Shown: piece after piece, positions 35,739-50,005 of the stretch
How positions within the stretch are numbered: the first letter of the stretch is position 1
Layout: each line of letters opens with the position of its first letter
Source: Mobula hypostoma
Taxonomy: Eukaryota
Direction: 5' to 3'
Assembly: GCF_963921235.1 (NCBI RefSeq)
Contig: NC_086107.1
Coordinates: forward strand, 104,532,001-104,596,000
DNA length: 64,000 nt
Made by a program: the position numbers and the translations under genes
The notes under the pieces: generated by a model
Seen by the model: only the letters and a program-made list of their open reading frames with translations
Databases searched by the model: none
What the model was told of the DNA's origin: nothing

Positions 35739-36717
35739 TGCAATTCCCTGGTTAAGAACATGTTTTAATGTGTTACTACACTTAAGCTGTTGAGTATTTT
35801 ATTTTCTGCAGTTTTTTTGTAAAACGCGGTGTTTAGTGTTAATCAAACTTTACAGTCCAGTATTTCGCTTTCTGCTAACCTAAGGAGTCGTTTGATTATC
35901 TTATAGGAATTTCGTATTAGCATTTGGAGCTTGTTCTGGTAACATTCTGCCCAATGGGATTGGATAAGAGATTGGCGGCATCAAATTTCTATGAGAACAC
36001 TGTCCAGCTCTTGGCTCCATCCCTCCCCCTCCTGTCTTCTCCTATCATTTCGGATCTCCCTCTCCCCCTCCCACTTTCAAATCTCTTACTAGCTCTTCTT
36101 TCAGTTAGTTCTGACAAAGGGTCTCGGCCTGAAACGTCGACTGTACCTCTTCCTAGAGATGCTGCCTGGCCTGCTGCGTTCGCCAGCAACTTTGATGTGT
36201 GTTGCTTGAATTTCTATGAGAATGTGGGTCTTTGTGCAGAGAAATGGCTCCTCGGAGGAAGCGCAAATTGCTGAGTTGACTAGTTAGTTCGTAATGGACT
36301 TGGAGGAAAGTTTGAGTCGTGGCTGGTGCTTTTCACGCAGATCGTGAGTAATTAAAGCAAAACACACAGCTATTCGGCAACGTGCTCCAACTTTGGTGTG
36401 CATATTATCGACTGTAATGGGCCCTTCTTTTCTGTTAACTGTTCTTTAAGGTTGATGTACTTCCACATTAAGTTTATGCTGGTGTAGGTTCCTGGTGAAC
36501 GTTAACTTTTACATGGGACAGTATTTTGCACCATTCATCATAATTTGCGTTCCCTTAAATGGAACATTCCAACTTTCCTGTTTGTGTTGAACCTGAATCA
36601 TTCCAACTGTAGACTTGTGTTGTTTATTGGAGGTGGCTGTCTTGCCGTTATCCGTGCATTGTTGAATCCTGTGGTGGTTAGCCAGATAGTTAATGAGCCA
36701 CGGTGAGGAGGGTTACA
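35739..36717 (+). repeat. 5' LTR
   Basis: direct repeat of 41877-42718. Confidence 0.85.
35998..36208 (+). mobile_element. Penelope-like fragment inserted in the 5' LTR
   Basis: 14-bp duplication AATTTCTATGAGAA at 35984-35997 and 36209-36222. Confidence 0.8.
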
Positions 36718-36796
36718 TTTTTGAGGGCTTCGTTCTGGGATGAAATGCTGTATAAAAATTGGATAAACGGTGTATTTGCGTGTAAACTAGTGCTTT

Positions 36797-37455
36797 GTGG
36801 GGTGATATACTGTGTCTTGTGTTCCCGGTGCGGCCTTCTATATATTGGTGAGACCCGACGCAGACTGGGAGACCGTTTCGCTGAACACCTATGCTCTGTC
36901 TGCCAGAGAAAGCAGTATCTCCCAGTGGCCACACATTTTAATTCCACGTCCCATTCCCATTCTGATATATCTATCCACGGCCTCCTCTACTGTAAAGATG
37001 AAACCACACTCAGGTTGGAGGAACAACACCTTATATTCCGTCTGGGTAGCCTCCAACCTGATGGCATGAACATTGACTTCTCTAACTTCTGTTAATGCCC
37101 CACCCACCCCTCGTACCCCATCCATTATTCCCCATCCTCTGGGCTTCCCCCCCTCCCCCTTTTCTTTCTCCCTAGGCCTCCTGTCCCATGATCCTCTCAT
37201 ATCCCTTTTGCCAATCAACCGTCCAGCTCTTGGCTCCATCCCTCCCCCTCGTGTCTTCTCCTATCATTTCGGATCTCCCCCTCCCACTTTCAAATCTCTT
37301 ACTAGCTCTTCTTTCAGTTAGTCCTGATGAAGGGCCTTGGCCCGAAACACCGACTGTACCTATTCCTAGAGATGCTGCCTGGCCTGCTGCGTTCACCAGC
37401 AACTTTTATGTGTGTTACTTGAAATTCCAGCATCTGCAGATTTCCTCGTGTTTGT
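36797..37455 (+). mobile_element. Penelope-like element: GIY-YIG endonuclease end plus pseudo-LTR
   Basis: GVIYCVLCSRCGLLYIGETRRRLGDRFAEHL...PVATHFNS...RLEEQHLIFRLGSLQPDGMN*; hammerhead-like motif 37319-37356. Confidence 0.9.
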
Positions 37456-40400
37456 GGTTTGTGGAATTTAAGGTGCATCATAATTAAGGTTTTGTAATGT
37501 GGATGCCGCGTAGATCAAGCTCTGCTGCGATGGGAAGGATTATCCACTCGAGATGCTTGTGTTTTGAGCGAGGTTTCTGCCCGAGTTACTGATGAGAATG
37601 TTATAAAGAACGTTGAGTTCTGTGAAAGTATTGGGGAAAGTTACACTGATTGATCGGCGTTTTGATGAATCAGTTGATAAAGGTGTGTTAGTACAAACCA
37701 CCAATGACGTAACTGAATTCACGCTGCCTGATAGAATAGGGTTACCTGGAGAGGCAGGGCTATGGTCAGTCCGTATCTTTTGAGTTGGCAGGAATGGAAG
37801 TGGGGGTGCTGAATGCGCTGAGGGTGAAGATTTTAAAGACAAGTTCTTCGCTTTTCTGCGGAGGGAGGGGAAGACTCTGTCTGATGTGAGAAGTCTAATG
37901 GTCCCCTCAGCTGCTGATGTAAATTCTGAGCTGGTTTTAGCTGTTATATCCACTGATCGATAAATGCCAAAGCTATGGTAGGTTGAGAATGCTCCCTGGA
38001 CTCAAGCCCGCACCCAGTGGGAAAGAAACTTGTGCTGAGCGGATATCCCAGTTACTGGATGGATGGCAATGCTCAGATAATATGAAAAAGCAGAGATGGA
38101 TAGTTTAAAGGGGACAGCCGCTGATATAGTGAGATTATTAAAAGCAGGAAATCCTTTAGTCATGTCAGCTAACGATATGCAAGTACTGGAAGACACTTTT
38201 GGCACTACAGACAGCTCATCTGATCTTATAATGAGGTTTAGGCACACGTTCCAGGAGGAAGGAGAGAGGCTTTTTGACTACCTTTTTGGGTTAGAGAAAC
38301 TGCTGAATCATTTGTACAGTAAAGGGGCCGTTCAACCGGCTGAGATAAATTGTTTGAGGGGTGCGCCAAAGCATGACTTGATTGCTCGACAAATTCGAGT
38401 AACCTGCAAAATGCGCCCCCTCCATCTTTTGTTGAGCTAATTGGAGAAGTGAGAGAGGAGGAAAATATGATTGAGAAATGGAGTTAGTCAGTAACGTCTT
38501 CAGTTGTAGCTCCTTTTGCCGCACAAGCAGAGGTTTTTGAAAATGCAATGAGAAACATACCAGCCGCATCATTTCAGTCGATGCCTTCTGTTACTGCAGC
38601 TGAACATGGCAGGTCCCAGTCTGCCTGTAGGACTTGCTAAGCAGAGGAACGCTGCTGAAAAGGGTCTCTTGACCAGGAGGATGACTGGTGTTTTCTGTTA
38701 CAACCGTGGAGAGGATGGACGTTTCAAGCGGGAGGGTGAAGGACTGGAAAACCGCCAGAAAGTAACACAGAGGTTGCTTAAACAGAAAAGGAAGACAGGA
38801 AATTTCAGAGGGACCCAGTAAGGGAATGGCCTGGTGTCCCAGAGAGAATATGTTCCAATCAGTGTATCAAGCAATGTACAAAGCTGCAAAATCCCATTCC
38901 TGAGGGCTTAGTGAGGCCAAGTTCTGATGTCACCATACAGATTGAAGGCATGCTAGAGCCATACTTGATACAGGTTCTCAAGTTACTTTACAAATCCTTT
39001 TACAACAGGCATTTGACGCATTTACCATTGAAGCTGGAACTATCTCTGAGTCAAGAAGTCCTTATGCATCGCCCATAATGGTGGTGAGGAAGAAGAATGG
39101 GAAGGTGTAAATCTGTGTTGATTATCAACGCTGAACAGGCCAATACACTGTTCCACAGATCGAGGATACTCTGCCACCAGAGTGGAGTAAATTGGTTCAA
39201 TGTCTCAGATCTCGGAGACAAACAAGGAAATTGCAGATGCTAGAGATCCAGGCAACACAAACAAAATGCTGGAGGAACTCGGGCAGGTAGCACCTTTGGA
39301 AAAGAGTAAATAGTCAACAGTTGCCTTTGCAAACCCCCAGTTGCTGTATGTACTGCGCACAGACTCAAGCCGTGAAGGATTAGGTGGCATTTTATATCGA
39401 GGCCAAGGTAGGGAGTTGAGATGTGTTGCTTTCATCAGCCAGAGTTTGTCACCATGTGAATGGAACCGCCCTGCTGTATACAAATTGGAGTTTCTGGTAT
39501 TGAAATGGGCAGTGGTAGACGAATTAAGTGACTATAAGATGCCAAGTTCGAGGTGAGGACCGACAACAATCCACTAACTTGTATTTTGATGTTGGCAAAA
39601 TTGGATTGCTGGTTGGCAGTGATGTCTGTGTATGATTTCAGTCTTGAATACATGCCGGGAAGCCGGCAACAGGGAGAGAGTGAGAGGACATTCCTGCCTT
39701 TGGTGTTAAAGCAATGTGTCAGTTTTGCACAGTTGGAAAATCAGAGCAAAGACTTCGGCCTGAGAGAGCTGTTGATCATTTGGAAGCTTCCTGCCATGCC
39801 ATTCCACAAGCCTATTGCAACCTGACCATGCTGAAATTGAAGCAATTACCCACCTTGAGTCCTGCTGAACTGGCAGCAGCACAGCAAGACCTTGCACAGG
39901 TGACATCTGGTCATCTGCTGTCAAAGAGGATACGGCCAAAATTGAGAAGACAAAATACCCTACCACACCCCTACTGATGAGGGAGTGGGACAAACTGGAG
40001 TTGAGGAACTAAGTTCTATATAACTTGATGTTCCAATTGGTTTTGCCTGAGAAGTACCAGAAGATTGTACTGAGGTCACTTCATGATGGCTCAGATCATT
40101 TGGAATTTGACAAGGCCTGTGGATTGGTCAGAGATCAGTTCTTTGGCCACAGATGAAGCCTGAAGATTAAGTTGTGCAACTTTTGTATTCAGAATAAGAC
40201 GAGTTACTCCTTTGTCTCATCGACAAAGCACAGGACCACTTGGTTTAGTGTGCATGGATTTCCTTTCCATAGAGCCTGATTCCAGTAATGCTGCGAATGT
40301 CTTGGTCATCACTGACTACACCTGATGTGTGCAAGCCTTTTCCACGAAGTATCAGAGAGCATCCACAGTTGCAAAACTGTTATGGGACAAATTTTATTCA

Positions 40401-41547
40401 TTATGGCCTCCCAAGAAGGGTACACAGTGATCGGGGAAGGGATTTTTGGAAGTTGGCTCATAAATGAGTTACTGAACATGCTTGGAATCGAAGTTGAGGA
40501 CTACACAATATCACCCTCAAAGTGATCCTCAGCCTGAAAGATTCAACAGGACATTGCTAGACATGACTGGAACTGTGGATGCCAACAAAAAGAGTAAGTG
40601 GAACCAGCATATGGGATATTTGGTACACTGCTACAACTGTACTCAGAATTAAGCCACTGGCTACTCGCCATACTATTTCAGTTTCAGAGATGAAGCGAGA
40701 TTATCTGTGGATCTTTTGCTTTGGGACCGCTGATGAGGACTTGCCACAGAAGACGTATCTCAAGTATCTGATGTGGAAAGAACTGCAAAAAGTTTGAGCT
40801 AGCAGCAGTTTCAGCTATCAAACAAAAGAAGAAGAGATACAATCAAAAGATCAAGTTCTTTCAACTGATGCCTGGAGATAGTTCTGTTAAGACATTTGGG
40901 CCTACAAGCTGGCTGACTGCTGCATTTCTACCCAGCTGGAGCCAGATGCCAAATTAGCCAATTTTCCGGTTGAAGCCAGGAGATAGGAATGGTCCTATCA
41001 AAAGTCTCCCTCAGAATCATCATTTACCTCTGGGCCAGGGAGTGCACGTTGACCCAAGGGCTGACACAACGCCTACACCTGGTAAAAGAACTCTGCAAAG
41101 GAGAAGGAGAAAAGAAAGGCAACAAGCTGAGGATAAGGCAGACAACGGTGTGATTTCAGTGGAAAGACCTGAAGTGAAACCAGAAGAACCCACTGAATGC
41201 TGTACAGACTGAGGATGAAGAATTGCCTTGCCTTATGCAAACTGGATTGTGGTACGCCTTGCCTTATGCAAACTTGCCATGACGAGATGTCTGCATCTTC
41301 CCGTCCAGACCTGGATCTAGTGGGGAGGACAACCATTGGACAGGCAAGCGTGATAGTAGACAGCACAGGGGAATTGGGCGTAAATACAATTGGAGATTAA
41401 GCCAAGTTTGGTCGGGGGAGTGCAGGAGGAAATGAGTTGCAGGAAGGTATGAGTGACAGTCGTGGTAAGGCATCCCTAGGTAAATGTGAACAGTTACAAG
41501 GAGAGGATGAGACAAAAGAAACTGAGATAGGTCTCAGATTCAGGAAA

Positions 41548-41628
41548 CCTTCAGAGAGGCTGGCATATAATGCCCCTTCAGAGAGGCTGGCATATAATGC
41601 CCCTTCAGAGAGGCTGGCACATAATGCA
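41548..41628. repeat. 27-bp triplication inside the Gypsy element
   Basis: ccttcagagaggctggcatataatgcc x3. Confidence 0.85.
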
Positions 41629-41876
41629 TCTGGGTAACGGTGTTGAACCAGTCCCAATGGCGAGATATGTTAATTCCATTTACAAATGGATTGGAGGTTC
41701 TTGTATTCTCACAATTCATTTGAATGCTTTATTCACACCCTGAATACTCTCAGAGAATAGGTGAAAACATAGTTTTGTGTTACTTAGTACAAGTGCTGTG
41801 TTACTAATAATGTATTGAATAAGTTCCAAAGGCTTACAACATCATGAAGACATGACTAATTTTGGTGGGGGGAGAA

Positions 41877-42718
41877 TGTAACATCCTGGTTAAGAACAGT
41901 TTTATTGTATTACTACAGTTATGCTGTTGGGTATTTTATTTTCTGCGGATTTTTGTAAAACGCAGTGTGTTCTGTTAATCAAATTTTACAGTCCAGTGTT
42001 TTGCTTTGAGTCATTTGATTAGCTTAGGAATGTTGTATCAGCCGGTTGGGTTTGTCTTGATGATGATCTGCCCAGTGGGATGCAACAGAACATTCGAGAG
42101 AGATTGGCAGCATCCAGTTACTAGAGGCTCTTTTGCGGCGCTTGGGGAAGGAGTGAGGTGCGGAGAGGAGCCCAATGGAGGATGCTCGCGGAACCCCGCC
42201 TGAAGGACAGACACCGTTGTAAGAAATTCTTTGTGCAAACAAATGGCTCCATAGAGGAAATGCCAATACTAATTCTGAGCTAGCCAGTGCATTCGTTATG
42301 GACGTTAAGGAAAATTCGGATCATGGCTGGTGCCTTTCACGCAGAACGTGGACTCAGTGCTGTGAGTAATTAAAGCAAAGCACCTGACTACCCAGCAATG
42401 AGCTCCACTGTTTATGTGCACGTTTTAGACTGGTTTAACTGTAATGGGCCCTTTTCTGTTAACTGTTTCTGTAAACATACTTCCACTTTGTTTATGCTGG
42501 TGTAAGTTTTGTTATTTCCTAACGAACAATAACTTTTCAATGGGGCAGTATTTGTACAGCATTCGCCATAATTTTTGTTCCCTTGACGGAACATTCCAGC
42601 TTTCCTGTTTGTGTTGCATACCAACCCCAGAGGTGTTGTTTATTGGAGATAGCCGTCTCACCACTGCCCATGCATTGTTGAGTCCTGTGGCAGTTAGTCA
42701 GAGATAGCTAGCGAGCCC
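41877..42718 (+). repeat. 3' LTR (3' end eroded)
   Basis: TGTAAC start after the purine tract; colinear with the 5' LTR. Confidence 0.85.
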
Positions 42719-42749
42719 AACTTGTTATGCACCATAGTGCGGGGGCCAC

Positions 42750-43010
42750 ATATCATTAATCATTTCTCTGGGATGGGTAAATCACTATATGCAGATGATG
42801 GAGCTTTATGCATTAAAGGTAGAAATTTCTATTTTACTGGATATAGGATGCAATTAGCAATTAATAAGTTCAAACAGTGGGCGTATGGATGGGGATTAAA
42901 GCTCTCGGCTAAAACATAATAAGTTGTGTCTTACAAAGAGGATTATTTGAAATTTTATGGTCAGATTCTTGAAGTGTCAGCGGTAAGATTTCTAGATTTG
43001 TGGGATAGTG
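42750..43010 (+). mobile_element. non-LTR RT remnant
   Basis: SLYADDGAL motif, WGLKLS.KT. Confidence 0.55.
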
Positions 43011-44167
43011 GGCATAAAGGGAGACACCTTTACAGAATACATATAAAACCTGCATTTATGGGAGAAAAGGGTAAAACAAGGAGGGAAGGAAATATTTTGT
43101 CATGACTTAGACTGGGCATTCTGTGCTTAATTATTCCTTGTATCTTGGAAAACATTCTGGGCTGTGTAGGTTTCTTTCATCATTATGAAAGATTTGAACA
43201 TATTAGTGTGAAGCATACAAGGTTGAAAGATCAAATGCAGGCTTCATTACAATCTTTTGGGGTTGATAGTTTTCATTTGAAAAATATCTTATGGGAATGA
43301 CTAATGCACAGTATTGAATTTCATTACATAGGGCTTTTCGGGGTAATGGAACTTTTATTTGAAAGATAAGTAGTAAGGGTTTTCTTCCCTAATTCGCTGC
43401 ACCACACTCCAGTCCAGTTGGTGGCAGTAATGCTCCATTAAGATGGACTGCCAATCACTATTAAAAATCAGAAGATGATGCCTGCAAGTTTTGGAGCCCT
43501 GGATCAACACCCAAAATCCTGGAGGAAAACATGTCAGTCCATACTTTGGGAATGGAGACCATTCCTACGATGCAATAAGCCTGGAGTGGAGGTGTTGCCA
43601 TGGCACTGTGCACTCTGATTAAACAGACTTGGTTATGAAAAATTCTGGGGCGGGCATGTCCACTGTCCGTGGGGAAGATGAATCTCGGTTGTATACTGCA
43701 TACATACTTTGATAATAAATGTACTCTGAATCTCAGGGTAATGAAGATAGAAAGGGCTGGGGTATTAATTATGGTACCACGAACCATTCTCAGGTTCGAA
43801 TCCGGCCCGCTCCTTGCACGAGTTCCACTTGGCCGCCTAAAACAGACTAACGTTAAGGAAATGGCAAGGTTGCCACCTGAGCACGGGGAGCAATTTTACC
43901 TTTTTTTGAAAAAAATAAAAAGCATATACACACACAATGTGTTGAGACTGGAGGACCACTTCTGTCCACAAGTGCCAGACACTTGGTGCGGATACACAAA
44001 GTCTCCACCCTCTAATAATAAATGGATTTGATCGATACCAGTGATCAGATTGCCCCAGGGCTCAACGCTGCAAAATGTCTTGTTCCAAAGAATGGGCTCA
44101 ATTGTTGTTCCGTGGGGTTTAAACAAAACACAAATAAGAACAATTTGAGTCATGCTTTAGTGCAAGA

Positions 44168-44580
44168 TCCTCCTAAGAGGACCATAACCTTGTGAGCTAG
44201 AGGCTTGCGTGCCTCAATGACCCGGAGAGCTATGTTGGCTGGAGTCAGGGCTTTATGCTTTGGCTCTTGGTTTGGTCACCATGCCAGACAGGTCAAAGGG
44301 TAGAGGCCAGACTGAGAGTGGTCCACTGGTGCTCCAGGTTCAGGGGTTCAGCTGAGCTAACGACCCTGACTGGTAAAACAAAATAGTTATGGAAACAGCA
44401 ATGAAGAATCCTGCTACATCTGTGTGTGATGGTATTCCCAAGTCTCCAGCCGGGATTTGCATGACTGACAGTAGTGAAAACCGAGAGGCAGCTACTGCCA
44501 CACTGAAGGAAGCCCTGAACACAGTCAAAGATGGAGCATCTTCATTGCTGCCCTAAACACCAGTGGCGTAACGGCAGAAA
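44168..44580 (+). mobile_element. RTE/BovB-derived non-autonomous element
   Basis: accttgt..ggcttgcgtgcctcaatgacc..gtggtccactgg head resembling RTE-BovB 5'UTR, fused to a 3' tail; sister copies at 61745-62362 and 62534-62952. Confidence 0.55.
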
Positions 44581-47500
44581 CTACATTTATTGTAAGACCA
44601 GACACAAAGCTGCTGTAAAAATTAAGCCTTGATTTTCATTTGTAATCAACTCGACCTTGAATCAGTTCAGGTCCAATTAGTTGCAACATCACACATTGGG
44701 AATCAATCTAACATTTTTGCATTTGCAATATTTTAAAAGCACATTTTATTATTTATCTTATTCTGTTGAAGAAAACAATTACACAAACATGAAAGTGCTA
44801 ACGGCAAAGGCATTTGTTCAAGTCATACTGACACTATTCAGACGGAGGTGTTTTCAGTCATATCCATTTTCTGTTATTTCAGGAAAGAAGAAAATAACAT
44901 CTATCCAACAGATGGACTTGAACTTTGGCAAAATTTAAACAAACAGTGGGCCAGTGAAATTGCCATACTCTTGAATTGTGAAAAGTATTACATTGATACC
45001 TGTGACATTCATACAAGATCACCACCAGAGTGAGTCAAAGTACATTTATTATCAAAGAATGTACTAATTATATAACCTTGAGATTCATCTGCTTACAGGC
45101 AGCCACAAAATAAGAACTCAATTACAAAGATCAACACCCAGTGCACAGAGAGAGGAGGGGAAAACAAGATCGTGCAAACAATAAAAGCAAACAGCAGCTT
45201 TTCGAATGAAAGTGAGTCGGCAGACACGAGGCCCAGAGCAGGCCCTCAGCCTCACTTCATTACACAGTTGGGAAAGTCGTCTCAGGTCCCGCAGATACAA
45301 AGCCTGGAGGAGCCAGAACAGGACAAGGTTTCAGTGCTGCTGAGAGCGGAGTACAGTATTGAGCAGAAGCAGCCCAACCCTTGCCTCCGGTCTCAACACC
45401 CTGGTTTTGCGTGTGTATGGTTTTTATAAAAAAAGGTAAAATTCCTCCCCGTGCTCGGGTTGCAACCTTGCCATTTCCTTAACGTTTGTCTGTTTTAGGC
45501 GGCCAACCCAGGCACAAGTGGGACTCGTGCAAGGAGCCCGCTAGATTCAAACCTGGGACTGACCTTTTGCTCTGAAGCCTGGTGTGGGGTGCCACCACTC
45601 CACCGGTACAGGATAAACCTGTTACTGGAGGAGTGAATGCCACGCTCACAGCCTAACACTACAAACTGTGCACAGAAACAAACATCCATAGCTGAATCTA
45701 TTTTGAGAAACAGGATTTTACAGGTTTGTGCACTTGACTAGGAGAACCTTCCATACGTGCACCTGTGTTCCATGGGTTCGGGTCACTTGTAGAGCGGAAC
45801 CTCTGGGCACAAAGCATTGCAGACATTTGCAATAATTTCATTCAAATTTTGATCCTAGCTTTTTCAGGCCTTATTTAAAATTATCATAATTAGATAATGT
45901 TTGGCATATTCTTGATCTTGAACAAGTAGTCAGTAGCTTTTCTAGCAGCCTCTCAGAGATAAATCAGGCTTTTAAATTGAGCTTCAATTCCCCACTTCCT
46001 TCAGTACCTCTTTCCCAATGGTGTGAGCAGTGGTTCCCACCCTTTTGTATGTCATTAACTGAGGGGTCTGTGGACCCCAGTCTGGGAATCACTGGGTTTG
46101 AGGGTGTTTGATGAACCTCAGCAGCAGCAAAGCAAAACGCAGCTTCAAGCTCTCTGTCCACACCAGTCCTGGCAGAAAGGGATGTGGAGGGTAGCACTGT
46201 GATTCATGAAGTATTGGCAGACTGTAACCATCACAATCTTGCAATTTACTAACAAGAAAATAGTCTGGCCAAGCCATCTGAGACACTGAAGACTGCCTCC
46301 TTGTAAGCAGCTTCACCCCATAAGCTGTTGCACTAAAAGAAACTAATCACACACACCCATTCCAGCCAATAAAAGTGGCAGTCCTCAGAATCAGGTTTAA
46401 TATCCTTGGTACATGTTGTGAAATTTGTTAACTTTATGCCAGCAGTGCAATGAAAGACAGGATAAATAAAGAGGGGAAAAACTGAATTATGTAAAGTCTA
46501 TTAAAAGAATCTCTTTAATGTCTATTAAAGAGTTGTTAAAATAAGTGGTGCAAAAATCAGAAATTTAAAAAAAATTAGTGGGGTAATGTTCATGGTTTCA
46601 AAGTCCATTTAGAAATCAGACGGTGGAGGCGAAGAAGCTGTTCTTGAATTGCTGTGTGTGTGCATGTTACTCCCAGAAAGGCAAAAAAGAAAATCACATA
46701 TTGAAGGTTTTTAAATTGTCTGTGTGAGTTATAAACGTCCAAAATTATTAAAAATGTTCTCTAAAAATAATTTTACATACATGCTGTCACTAGTGCATTC
46801 CTTTACCAAGACACACACTCCCTCACTCACTCTTACTTCCTCTCCACAGTTACTCACTCTTACTTCCTCTCTGACTCACTCATTCATTCCTTTACCAAGA
46901 CACACACACACTCACTCACTCACTCTTAACTTCCTCTCCACAGTTACTGCTGGAACCTGCTGAGTTCCTCCGGCATCATGCTGTTACTTCACTCTGGATT
47001 TCCAGCATCTGCAGAATCCCTTGTGCGGGTGAATTTCCTGCTCCCAATTAACATATTTGTTCACTTGTAAATTTGTAGCTTTCCACCCAATGTGGTTCTT
47101 GAGGGTGCTGATTCTGAGCTACAGTTCCTGACTGTCCATGTGCAGCCCAAATGCTGCTGTTCTCAACTACAGGTTTTCACTGAAGGTGCAAACTCTCCTC
47201 AAAGTACAGTTCCTTAAAGTGTTTACTCTCCCTGGAGCCAGTCCTGTTCCTTTTGAGGACAGATGGCTGAGTACCTCGGCAAAGGATCCTTTTTATTACA
47301 ATGAATCAAGTACTGAGTACTGACATCCTGCTTGATGAATATCAACCAGGAATCCCTGATAACAAGTGCAATCAAAAGTATCTGTAGGCTGTAAACAGGG
47401 GTAGGAATTCCTGGGGCAGTGATTGACATAGTGGTTAGTACAATTCTTAACTGTACTAGCAACCAGGGTTCATTTCCCATATGTTCTCTCTTTGCCCCAT

Positions 47501-48564
47501 GTTTTCCGGGCACTGACCTACCAGTTGGTAGGTTGATTGGCCATTGTAAATTGTCCCATGATTGAGCTTAGTTAAGTTGGGCATTGCTGGACAGTCTGGC
47601 TCAAAGGGCCTATTCTGCACTGTATCTCAATTTAAAAATCGAAAGGAATCTCTGAACCATCTTGCCTCTGTCAACTATTGTCTTATAGGAAATCCGTCTC
47701 TGCCAGGTGACACAACCTGCCTGATATGCACCTTCACCCTCTGCTCTCTGATCTTAGGAGCAATTAGTTCTCAATGAAAAGGCACCTTGATAGGTATTTT
47801 AAATGAATGATGCACATAGGGATATGGAACTAGTGCAAGAAGATTAGATTAGTATTCATAGTGTTCTACAGCATAAATATAGTGGGCTGAAGGGCCTGTT
47901 TCTGTGCTGTATAGCTCTATGGCAAAATATTGCATATATCAATTAAAGTTCACTGCACCCACTACTTAAGCTCACCACTGGTTTATTTAGAGGGTTAGTA
48001 TTCCATTGTGTAGTGTTGCACTAGAAAATATAGTCAGACAGCTGGGCCAGCCCAATAACTCTCACTTAACTCTCAACCAGGAGCGTTCAGAACCAAGTCT
48101 CTATCCAAGCCCTCATGATCAGGGGGTCCGTGGACCCCTCGGTTAATGGTAGGGGTCTGTGGCAGGAACCCCCTGCTCTTTATCAAAGGACAAGTTTATC
48201 CCATGCAGAGCTGGGAGAGAATAGTGAGTTCATTATTTTGTCTGGTCCGATGGTGGATTTGCTCTGTGTTCACTTTCCACCCCACCCCCACCCTTATGGC
48301 CATCCACGTATTGAGATTAGGAGCAGAATCTCAGCCATGACATAAAAACATCAACCTGAAACCCTTTGCTGTTGGTGCGTAGAATTAAGCTGGTATAATT
48401 TCTGTAGTGGGATCAATTCCTGGATCTTCACCAAACTGAGATCAGAGTCTCAGGAAGCACAACAAAACAATGTAGTCTCTGCAGGATAGTGGTGAAGCTA
48501 CTAAACCGATCTCTGGGGGCGACTTCCTCTGGAAAACTACAGCAAAGACATTGGCAACTAGATG

Positions 48565-49470
48565 CTCTCTCAGCAAAACACACAGAATGCTGGAGGAACT
48601 CCACAGGTCGGGTAACTACGGAGGGGAATAAACGGTCGACATTAGACTGGAACAGAAGGGGGCGGAAGCCAGAATAAGAAGGTAGGGGAGAGGAAGGAGA
48701 TGATAGGTGAGGGAGGAGGGGGTTGAAGTAAGAAGTTTGATAGTGGTGTGACTGGAGACCTAAGTGAGGATGGTTGGACCCAAGCGCCAGAGTATCCGAG
48801 GCTGGAATCGAGACTGAAACAAGCACAGAATGCAAGACTAGGCGCTAGATAAGAATCCAAGAAGAGCTGATGATTGAGCACTGAGCCTCCGTTCAGGTGC
48901 TCCTTAAATATTAAAATCCTGCTGCTAAAACATTGCTGCCAATTGGAAGGATGGTCCTGAATCCTTAAAGGCCGTGCCAGCTATCCATATTCTGGAGAGT
49001 TAGAGCATCTAAACCCTGAAAGCTGGCACTGTTGGGTGTGTATTGTGGTAGGGGTAAAGAGCTGAAGGAGGAATCTAGTAGGAGAGGACAATGGACCATG
49101 GAAGGAGGGGGGGTGAACCAGAGGCAGTCGTGGGTAGGTGAGAAGGGATAACCAGAATGGGAATTTTTTTAAAAAGGGTGTTGCGGGGGGGGGGGTGGAA
49201 TTGCTGGAAGTAAAAGCAATCATTGTGCAGGCTGTCAGGTTGGAGGCTCCCCAGATGGAGCAGGAGGTAACCTAACCTGAGTTTGGTCTCATCATGGCAG
49301 TAGAGGAGGCCATGAACTGACATGCCAGAATGAGAATGATGAGTCGAATTGAAATGAGTGGCCACAGGGTGATCCTCCCTTCTGTGGCAGATGGAGCGAA
49401 GGTGCTCGACAAAATGGTGCCTCCCCAATTTGCATTGGGTCTCACTGATGCAGAGGGGGCAGCACCGGGA
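48565..49470 (-). mobile_element. Penelope-like fragment with a possible small LTR-like insert (about 48747-49020)
   Basis: ISETQCKLGRHHFVEHL..PVATHFNS..LGSLQPD in ORF 49075..49623. Confidence 0.7.
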
Positions 49471-49494
49471 ACACTGGCTTTTTAAATACGTTTT

Positions 49495-50005
49495 ATTTAG
49501 CTGTGTAATGGAGAGTGTTTTGACTGGTTGCATCACAGCCTGGTATGGGAACACCAATGCCTTTGAATGGAAAATCCTACATATACAAATTCTACGTGAA
49601 ACGCTGTTGTAAAAAAACAGCATCCGTCATCAAAGATCCTCACCAGGCCATGCTCTTTTCTCTGTCGCCATCAGGTAGAAGATACAAGAGCCTCAGGACT
49701 CACATCACTAAGTTCAAGAACAGTTACTACCCCTCAACCATCAGGCTCTTGAACAAAAGAGGATAACTACCCTTATCTATTGAGATGTTCCCAGAACCAA
49801 TTCTCACTTAAAGGATTTTTAAATCTTATTTCATGCTCTTGTTATTTATTTATATTTGCATTTGCACAGTTTGTTGTCTCCTATACTCTATTTGATTGTG
49901 TTTATAGCTACTATTCTATAGATTTGCCAAGTATGCCCGCAGCAAAATTAATCTCAGGGTTGTGTGATATATATGTGCTTTGATAGTAAAATTTACTTTA
50001 AACTT
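49495..50005 (+). mobile_element. Rex/Babar LINE 3' fragment
   Basis: ESVLTGCITAWYG, SGRRYKSLRT..FKNSYYPSTIRLLN; sister copy near 59230-59705. Confidence 0.75.

Larger units (their letters stand above)
35739..42718 (+). mobile_element. decayed Gypsy LTR retrotransposon with PNMA-like gag
   Basis: 5' LTR 35739-36717 (TG..ACA), tRNA-Pro-like PBS 36722-36741, gag capsid FRHTFQEEGERL.DYL..LEKLL, degenerate Zn knuckle, protease ILDTGSQVT, RT/RNase H (TDSSREGLGGILY), integrase (CMDFLSIE), PPT 41864-41876, 3' LTR from 41877. Confidence 0.9.
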
